This document shows positions 26,928-33,469 of a DNA stretch of 33,469 bases, one piece after another. Origin of the DNA: an uncultured Alphaproteobacteria bacterium (lineage in GTDB: Bacteria > Pseudomonadota > Alphaproteobacteria > Rs-D84). A program made the translations under genes and the position numbers. The notes under the pieces were generated by a model that did not search any database, had not been told where the DNA came from, and saw nothing but the letters and a program-made list of their open reading frames with translations. Within the stretch, counting starts at the first letter, position 1. Every line of letters begins with the position of its first letter. Where the stretch lies: positions 1 through 33,469 of the forward strand of contig CAMRSV010000009.1 of the NCBI GenBank assembly GCA_947053455.1, given 5' to 3'.

Positions 26928-27683
26928 CTATTTGCTCATGACTTTTTCCAGCTTTGCGCGCAATTTTTGCGTATCGTCATACTTGGTTATTTTTCCTTTT
27001 TCTGCGATTGATATGTCACCACTTTCTTCCGACACAATCAAAACAACCGCCCTGGATACATCCGAAAGACCCAACGCCGCCCGATGACGCGTTCCATATT
27101 TCCAGTTTAAATTATTTTGTGATAACGGCAAAATGGCACCAGCATATGCAATGCGTTCCTTTTGAATAATAACCGCACCGTCATGCAGCGGCGTCTTATT
27201 AAAAAATATGGTCAACAACAACTCTGCTGTTATAACCGCATCAATGCGCACACCTTTCCTTTCAATTGCGCTTTCATCCAGTGTCGTTGGGAACACAATC
27301 AGTGCCCCAGTATGCTTTGACGACATATATTCCACCGCCGACACAATTGCGTCCAACGGGCGCGTATCACGCATACCACTACCGCGCCGAAAAACGCGAC
27401 GCCATTCTTCTATATTTCCCATAAGAGCCATAAATTTACGCAATTCCGGTTGAAAAACAACAATCAGCGACAATGATAAAAACAGCGCCGTCCAATGCAA
27501 AAACGCCCCTAGCAAATCCAAATGGAACCACAGCATTATAAAACTTATACCCCACAACGCCGCCAATCCCAATAGCCCACGCACCAATGTCTCTGACGAG
27601 GTGTTTTTTATAAAACTGCGGTAAAATATCCATAATATTACAATGATTATTACAACTTGTATCAATCCAACCCAATTAAACAT
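26928..27683 (-). CDS. dacA: Membrane diadenylate cyclase (CdaA/DacA, DisA_N domain)
   Basis: Three N-terminal TM helices, VVFQPELR, GALIV, TPLHDGAV, GTRHRAALG, VSEESG.IS. Confidence 0.92.
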   Translation of the reverse strand: MFNWVGLIQVVIIIVILWIFYRSFIKNTSSETLVRGLLGLAALWGISFIMLWFHLDLLGAFLHWTALFLSLSLIVVFQPELRKFMALMGNIEEWRRVFRRGSGMRDTRPLDAIVSAVEYMSSKHTGALIVFPTTLDESAIERKGVRIDAVITAELLLTIFFNKTPLHDGAVIIQKERIAYAGAILPLSQNNLNWKYGTRHRAALGLSDVSRAVVLIVSEESGDISIAEKGKITKYDDTQKLRAKLEKVMSK

Positions 27684-27698
27684 TTTTTACCCCCATTT

Positions 27699-29804
27699 TT
27701 ATTTTTGCATAACAGATTCCAACAATTGTTCAATCGGCGCGTCCAGCCATGCCGGATCATCACGCAATGCGGGCGCCCCGCGACGCAATGCAGTTTCGCA
27801 TGGCGTATCATCCGCCAACCAGTTCTCCAACAAATCCCCAGCTAGCAAGCCGACCCCCGCCCCGGCGACCAGTCCAATTCCCCCCGTAAACGGCGCCAGC
27901 AGCAGTCCGATACCAGTTGCAGATGCAACTTTTCCTGCAACCGCGGCACCGTTTATATGAATATCAGGTTCCGCCAAATCCCCGGTTATTTCAATGGAAT
28001 TGACAACATTTCCTGTCAAAGACAATTTCAGTCCACGAACCGGCACCGTCGTCAAAGACAATTTCATGTTCTCGCCCCCTAGGTCTAAATCACCAGCCAA
28101 CCGAACATTTATAGAATTAGTCTGAACTGCCACACCGTTCTGCGTTTCTGCAACCCCGGAACGCAGTTTCGTATTTAATGCAACACATGAAATTTTTATT
28201 TGATCGTACTTTTTTTCTGTCCGAAACAAATCCTGAATCCCGTGGCGCAATGATGTCAGGAAATCCGTCCCATACATATATGCCACCAGTTTTGAATGCG
28301 CATACCCAGGCGCGGCGGAATATAAACGAACGGGGCCTGTAACGGTCTGCATCACTTCGGATAAATTTGAGCCATTGGCCATTAAAAACGTTTCAAAATC
28401 AACCGGCAAATCAGATATTATTCCGTCAACACGTATTTGATTCAATATTTCACCAATCGAAATATTACGGCCGACCGCGCCCACCGTGCCGCGCATCATA
28501 CCATCGGGGGCAATTAATATATCCGCCCCAATAATCACGTTACCACCACCAATTCCAACATCTGCGTCAACACGCGCATCCCCCGATACAGATTTTGCAC
28601 GCAGCTCGATTTCACGCAAATTTAAATCCCGATACACAATCAATTCATTAATTGATACGTCGGCATTAAAATCAAATGCGGCAAAATACTCGCCAAACAA
28701 AGGCGTGTCCTTAAATACGTTAATGGAACGCTTTGGGCGAATCCATTGCCGCCCGTAAAGATCCGGGAACAATTCCATCAAACTAATACGCTTTGATTCC
28801 AAATTCAGATTCAAAGTCGGAATTTTTTTTGACCAATCATAATCCCCGGACAAGGTTATTTTATTTCCACGTGTACTAATTGTCGATTTACGCAGTGTCA
28901 CGCGATGGTGGTCAAATCCGCCCGCAAGGTTAACTGATATTTTTGCGAGTGGTAACAACTCCAAACCGATGACATCCCCCATTTCAGTGATATTTGGTAT
29001 ATCACCTTTAACTATAAAGTCTATGGGCATCAGGCTGGTTCCTTCCAAGGCAACATTCGCAATCAGCGCGTCACCACCGGTAGATACGGCAATTTTAACG
29101 GGGTATATTTTTCGTTCTGGATTATATTGGGAATAAGAAACGATAAATGGGAACATCGCGGATTTTGACTTTATCCATCCAGCATATTCACGAACATCGT
29201 CCTTGGGCACATAGTGCACGCTAAAACCGGAAATTGAGTATGTACTGTCCAAAACATGTGCAACAAGATTTTTTATTTCAACACTACCAAGTCCCGGATC
29301 CTTGAATGGATATTTTTCTTGCACCACGGGGTGCGAATCTGATGTGGTCGCAATCAGCCCCTGATGTTTTTTATCCACCGCATCGTCTTTATCATCAAAT
29401 TCGGGCATTATGGAATATTGTCCATCGGCATTTTGCTCAACACATGCAGTCGCATCATAAATCTTTACATTTTGAATTGTCGGCCTGTCACGGAAAAGCG
29501 AGACCAGATTCATCGTCACATCAATTTTTTCCGCACTAAACGCATACTTGTGCCGTGCCCAATCAGCATTAGGAACACGAACCTGATGCAACTCTATCTT
29601 TGGCCGCAGTGACAATTTCCAAGACACGGCACCATCTATTTGTACAGGTAAACCAGTTGCATCCCTTAAAATCGCCAAGACATTTCCACGCAGTGTTTCC
29701 AAATTAACCTGGCTTAAGGCGATAACTGTCGCCACCGCCAATCCCATAAGGAACAGCCCAAGAACCCTAAACACCGCGAAAAATAATTTGGTTTTTGTCA
29801 GCAT
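27699..29804 (-). CDS. AsmA-family protein
   Basis: N-terminal anchor, ..ATG.PV.IDG.V...LSLRP.I, ISCVA...SGVA, I.G.LAEP.I C-terminal AsmA pattern. Confidence 0.8.
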   Translation of the reverse strand: MLTKTKLFFAVFRVLGLFLMGLAVATVIALSQVNLETLRGNVLAILRDATGLPVQIDGAVSWKLSLRPKIELHQVRVPNADWARHKYAFSAEKIDVTMNLVSLFRDRPTIQNVKIYDATACVEQNADGQYSIMPEFDDKDDAVDKKHQGLIATTSDSHPVVQEKYPFKDPGLGSVEIKNLVAHVLDSTYSISGFSVHYVPKDDVREYAGWIKSKSAMFPFIVSYSQYNPERKIYPVKIAVSTGGDALIANVALEGTSLMPIDFIVKGDIPNITEMGDVIGLELLPLAKISVNLAGGFDHHRVTLRKSTISTRGNKITLSGDYDWSKKIPTLNLNLESKRISLMELFPDLYGRQWIRPKRSINVFKDTPLFGEYFAAFDFNADVSINELIVYRDLNLREIELRAKSVSGDARVDADVGIGGGNVIIGADILIAPDGMMRGTVGAVGRNISIGEILNQIRVDGIISDLPVDFETFLMANGSNLSEVMQTVTGPVRLYSAAPGYAHSKLVAYMYGTDFLTSLRHGIQDLFRTEKKYDQIKISCVALNTKLRSGVAETQNGVAVQTNSINVRLAGDLDLGGENMKLSLTTVPVRGLKLSLTGNVVNSIEITGDLAEPDIHINGAAVAGKVASATGIGLLLAPFTGGIGLVAGAGVGLLAGDLLENWLADDTPCETALRRGAPALRDDPAWLDAPIEQLLESVMQK

Positions 29805-29811
29805 TTTTCTT

Positions 29812-30780
29812 CTAGGGTAATTTTAACTCCAAAAATTTCATCACCGGCAGCATAAATTCCGGCACGGGCGCCGTTAGCGTCATTAGCCGTCCGTTTGACG
29901 GATGCTGAAATGTTATCTTGTGCGCAAACAGGAACAAGTTCCGCGTGCCCAAAACAGCACAAAGCGAACCATCCAATTTTTTATCACGTCCGTACAAATC
30001 ATCGCCAACAATTGGTGCGCCCAATGTTCGCGCGCTATGCACACGTAATTGATGTGTACGACCGGTTTTCGGCGAAAATAATACCCAGGACACGCACCCG
30101 ATGGCGGTGGCCAAGACTTCGTATTCAGTGACAGCACGCTGCGGACGCGGGCCTGTGCCGCCGTTTATTCTAGACGGCGCATCAAACACCTGCCCTTTTA
30201 ACATATAATTATCAATCACGCCACGCGGTGGCTTTACATCGCCATTAAGCAGTGCCAAATATTCTTTGTGTGCGGTTTTTGACTGAAACGCGGCGGCCAG
30301 TTTTTGTGCGGCATTCTGATTCTTTGCCACGACCAAAATTCCACTAGTGTCACGGTCAATACGATGAACCAACGAAATCTTGTCGTATGGGAACATTGCC
30401 GCCGCCATTTTATCAACCGATTTTCGAATACCGGTCCCCCCCTGAACCGCCAGTCCGGCCGGTTTATTAAACACAACAATGTCATCATCATTATGTATTA
30501 TACATGTGCGCAACATTTCCAAATCAGAAAGCGTGAAATTATCACCACCTTCGTTTTTAACCGGCGACTTGGCATATCCAGCCAGGGTTGGCGGCACGCG
30601 AACCGCATCCCCCGCACACAATATTTCATTTCCACGTACGCGCGAAGAATTAACACGTATTTGCCCGCCGCGGCAAAGTTTGTAAAACTCGCGCTGGGGC
30701 ATTGATGGAAATTTGCGCAAAAACCAGCGCATCAGACGCGTACCCTCTTCTACCTTGGAAACAGTTATTATTTCTGCCAT
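29812..30780 (-). CDS. RluA-family 23S rRNA pseudouridine synthase with S4 domain (RluC-like)
   Basis: NKPAGLAVQGG, LVHRIDRDTSG, TGRTHQLRVH, PIVGD.LYG. Confidence 0.93.
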   Translation of the reverse strand: MAEIITVSKVEEGTRLMRWFLRKFPSMPQREFYKLCRGGQIRVNSSRVRGNEILCAGDAVRVPPTLAGYAKSPVKNEGGDNFTLSDLEMLRTCIIHNDDDIVVFNKPAGLAVQGGTGIRKSVDKMAAAMFPYDKISLVHRIDRDTSGILVVAKNQNAAQKLAAAFQSKTAHKEYLALLNGDVKPPRGVIDNYMLKGQVFDAPSRINGGTGPRPQRAVTEYEVLATAIGCVSWVLFSPKTGRTHQLRVHSARTLGAPIVGDDLYGRDKKLDGSLCAVLGTRNLFLFAHKITFQHPSNGRLMTLTAPVPEFMLPVMKFLELKLP

Positions 30781-30786
30781 GTGCGG

Positions 30787-31251
30787 TTAATCGCCATATG
30801 TTATGGAAATTGTGTTTTTCCCATTAGGCGCCTTGCAGTTACCAGTTGCGCCGCCATTTTTGCCGCCGGACATTTGATATCCGACCGAATCAGACCATGC
30901 CTTGGTCAGAAAATATTCACAATCAGACTGCGACAAACCGTTTATTGAAACGACAAATTGACGCGAATTGGACGAATCCACCGCCAACTCGTACGTACCA
31001 CCGTATGTATTTTTCGGCGACATGCCGATTGCCCTGAATATCGTTGAATTATTTATATGCGAATAGTTGTCGTATTCACCCAGCAGTGCTCGCACACCGG
31101 TGACAATCTGAATAACCTCGTCGTTTACGGCGTTGCGACGCTGCGTGCGCATTGCGGTTGAAATCATTCCGATTGCGCCGACCGTTATAACACCCATTAT
31201 GGCCAGCACCCCCAGCATTTCAATCATTGAACGACCGGATTCTTGATTCAT
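30787..31251 (-). CDS. Type IV pilin/pseudopilin-like protein
   Basis: QESG/RSMIEMLGVLAIMG prepilin-like N-terminus with E+5; PilS-like N.YGG...I.GL...DC and a terminal Cys pair. Confidence 0.8.
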   Translation of the reverse strand: MNQESGRSMIEMLGVLAIMGVITVGAIGMISTAMRTQRRNAVNDEVIQIVTGVRALLGEYDNYSHINNSTIFRAIGMSPKNTYGGTYELAVDSSNSRQFVVSINGLSQSDCEYFLTKAWSDSVGYQMSGGKNGGATGNCKAPNGKNTISITYGD

Positions 31252-31264
31252 TTTATACCCCCAT

Positions 31265-31293
31265 TTGCTATTTGTTTTTTATTATTCTATCAT
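31265..31293 (+). promoter_or_regulatory. uvrC promoter
   Basis: TTGCTA-17 nt-TATCAT, 7 nt before ATG 31301. Confidence 0.5.
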
Positions 31294-31300
31294 AAAAAGC

Positions 31301-32728
31301 ATGAATATTCAATTTTCTGATTTAATAGAAAACAGCCCCATGGCGCCCGGCGTATACAAAATGTACGATGCGGACGGCAACCTGCTTTATGTGGGCAAGG
31401 CGAAAAACCTGCGTAACCGGCTGCACCAATATTTGGATATATCAAAACTGGAACTGCATAAGCAGGTTATGCGTACACTGGTCGCGCGTGTTGAATGGGA
31501 AACCGTTGCAAACGAATCGGACGCATTGATTCGTGAACAGGAATTAATAAAGACATTAAAACCAAAATATAACATAATGCTGACGGACGGGAAAATGTAC
31601 CCAATGTTGGCGCTAACCGCGGGGGAATTTCCACGTATGTTGAAATTTCGTGGCAAAATATCCCAGCGGCGCGATGTATATGGCCCTTATCCGTCCGTGG
31701 GGGCGTTGAATGAAACAATAAAAATCATACAAAAGGTATGCCGCCTGCGCACATGCACAGACACATTTATGCGCAACCGGACGCGACCATGCCTGCTATA
31801 TCAAATTGGCCGATGCAGCGCACCATGTACGATACCACAAACGGATTACATGGAAAATGTCGCGCTTGCACGACGCATATTGACCGGGGACAGCGAACCG
31901 ATTATTTCGGATTTGACACAGCAGATGCAAAAATTTTCATCCGACATGAATTTTGAGGCTGCCGCCGTTGTCCGTGACAAAATCGCGGCTTTAACCCATA
32001 CGGCGAATCGTGGCGCCACGCGGCGACGCGGCAGTACGCGCGGTGAAAATATTGATTGGGATGCCACTGTTACCGATATGGAAAAATGGTCTGGCGTAAA
32101 AATAAAAACGGCCGGCGTGTTTGATAATTCACATCTGTTTGGAAAAAGTCCCGTGGGTGCCATGATAACATTTGGACATGATGGTTTTCAAAAAGATGGC
32201 TATCGTCATTTTAAACTGCAAAACGCGGCCGCGGCCGGCAATGACATCGCCATGATGGCTGAATTTGTGGCGCGCGCAACCCGCAGCGAAAAATTAGATA
32301 TGATTATTGTTGACGGCGGCATGGCCCAGTGGAATATCGCACACCAGACCGCACCCGACATTCCAATAATCGGCGTCACCAAGGGCGAAGTTAGAAATGG
32401 CGATGAACACTTTATCATGCCAGACGGTTCTATATGCAGCGATTTACCAAAAGATTCCAAACTGTTCCTTATGCTGCGCGCCGTCCGCGACGAGGCGCAT
32501 CGCTTTGTCATAACATACCACCGCGCCGTTCGTGCAAAACAGATGACTGCATCGGTTCTCGATGAAATAGACGGCATTGGACCTACACGCAAGAAGGCAC
32601 TGCTGCTGCACTTTGGTTCGGTGCGTGCGATTATAGATGCGGATTTGGCCGCGCTGGTTCGCGTCCCGGGACTGGGAAAAAATGCCGCCGAAAAAATATA
32701 TGCCTATTTTCACTCCGGTGTGATATAA
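31301..32728 (+). CDS. uvrC: Excinuclease ABC subunit C (compact form)
   Basis: GIY-YIG PGVY...YVGKAKNL, Cys cluster PCL.YQI.RC.APC, UVR FE.AA..RD, FDNSH, IVDGG, RDEAHRF, HhH GIG..R. Confidence 0.95.
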   Translation: MNIQFSDLIENSPMAPGVYKMYDADGNLLYVGKAKNLRNRLHQYLDISKLELHKQVMRTLVARVEWETVANESDALIREQELIKTLKPKYNIMLTDGKMYPMLALTAGEFPRMLKFRGKISQRRDVYGPYPSVGALNETIKIIQKVCRLRTCTDTFMRNRTRPCLLYQIGRCSAPCTIPQTDYMENVALARRILTGDSEPIISDLTQQMQKFSSDMNFEAAAVVRDKIAALTHTANRGATRRRGSTRGENIDWDATVTDMEKWSGVKIKTAGVFDNSHLFGKSPVGAMITFGHDGFQKDGYRHFKLQNAAAAGNDIAMMAEFVARATRSEKLDMIIVDGGMAQWNIAHQTAPDIPIIGVTKGEVRNGDEHFIMPDGSICSDLPKDSKLFLMLRAVRDEAHRFVITYHRAVRAKQMTASVLDEIDGIGPTRKKALLLHFGSVRAIIDADLAALVRVPGLGKNAAEKIYAYFHSGVI

Positions 32729-32759
32729 TGCAGGTATTAATATAATAAGGAGAAAAACA

Positions 32760-33359
32760 ATGAAATCTTTTGTTAACTTTTTATCAATCTTTCGCATAAT
32801 CGCATCATTTGCGATTATCCCTACACTAATGTACCAATGGTATGCTGTATCGTTTGTACTGTTCATTCTGGCCGCTGTATCAGATTTCTTTGACGGATGG
32901 TTGGCCAAAAAATATAATGCGACATCAAAAATCGGTGGCGTGCTGGATCACATCGGGGATAAATTTTTGGTTGTAAACACGATGATAATGCTTTCCATCA
33001 TGATGCCGGTATGGTTCATATTCATTCCAATTATAATAATGATTGCACGCGAATTGTACATCAGCGGCCTGCGCGAATTCCTGGGAACCCAGAAAATCGA
33101 AATGCCGGTACCCAAGGCACGTTTTTCAATGGGAAAAATCAAAACCACACTGCAGATGGTTGCATTATCGGCATTTCTGCTGCTGTTCGTATTGACTACG
33201 TTTATAACCCCAGAAACAATCACGCGCACATACTTGATGCTGCTAAACATCCTGTCACAAATTGGGATTGTTGTTCTGTGGGCGGCATTGATTGCATCGC
33301 TGTGGTCGGCAACGCAATACACACGCACATTTGCAGAAAAATTAAAGAAAATAAAATAA
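32760..33359 (+). CDS. pgsA: CDP-diacylglycerol--glycerol-3-phosphate phosphatidyltransferase
   Basis: DFFDGWLA......S.IG..LD.IGDK, ARE..ISGLRE, GKIKTTLQM; follows uvrC. Confidence 0.9.
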   Translation: MKSFVNFLSIFRIIASFAIIPTLMYQWYAVSFVLFILAAVSDFFDGWLAKKYNATSKIGGVLDHIGDKFLVVNTMIMLSIMMPVWFIFIPIIIMIARELYISGLREFLGTQKIEMPVPKARFSMGKIKTTLQMVALSAFLLLFVLTTFITPETITRTYLMLLNILSQIGIVVLWAALIASLWSATQYTRTFAEKLKKIK

Positions 33360-33363
33360 TAGC

Positions 33364-33393
33364 AAACGGCCGGCGAAAATGCCGGCCGTTTTT
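33364..33393 (+). terminator. Terminator after pgsA
   Basis: AAACGGCCGGC...GCCGGCCGTTTTT. Confidence 0.8.
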
Positions 33394-33469
33394 ATTATTG
33401 AAAAACATCGTGGGAACCCATATAATTGTCGGCAGCGGGGCAATGAAAAAAATGCCCAAAATAAACGGT

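Noticed and set aside
1-33469. Many antisense or overlapping ORFs in the six-frame track; tRNA, rRNA or tmRNA genes
   Set aside because: The ORFs are shadows of well-supported genes. I saw no cloverleaf/T-loop or rRNA signatures.

Overview
This is chromosomal DNA from a small-genome alphaproteobacterium. The protein style suggests a gut lineage such as Rs-D84/'Ca. Enterousia', which is an inference and has not been checked. Housekeeping genes are fabF, acpP, lepA, rbfA, ftsEX-ydcF-plsC, tolB, class II fba, efp, ppa, dnaN, an AsmA-family gene, an RluA-family gene, uvrC and pgsA. They are interspersed with AT-rich orphan genes, an operon of fibre-like secreted proteins plus a beta-barrel, pilin-like genes, a catalytically degenerate tyrosine recombinase and a CdaA-type diadenylate cyclase. 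The main unexplained signal is a family of five paralogous ~175-210 nt structured non-coding elements on the minus strand. Four lie in tandem at 22428-23316 with no CDS between them. The fifth, at 25385-25592, is the 5' leader of a Cys-rich secreted protein. Each copy has its own sigma70-type promoter, a multi-helix fold kept through compensatory base changes, a conserved AU-rich loop and a terminator/anti-terminator switch. I do not recognise this as any known riboswitch or sRNA family. All folds were assigned by eye; no searches were run.
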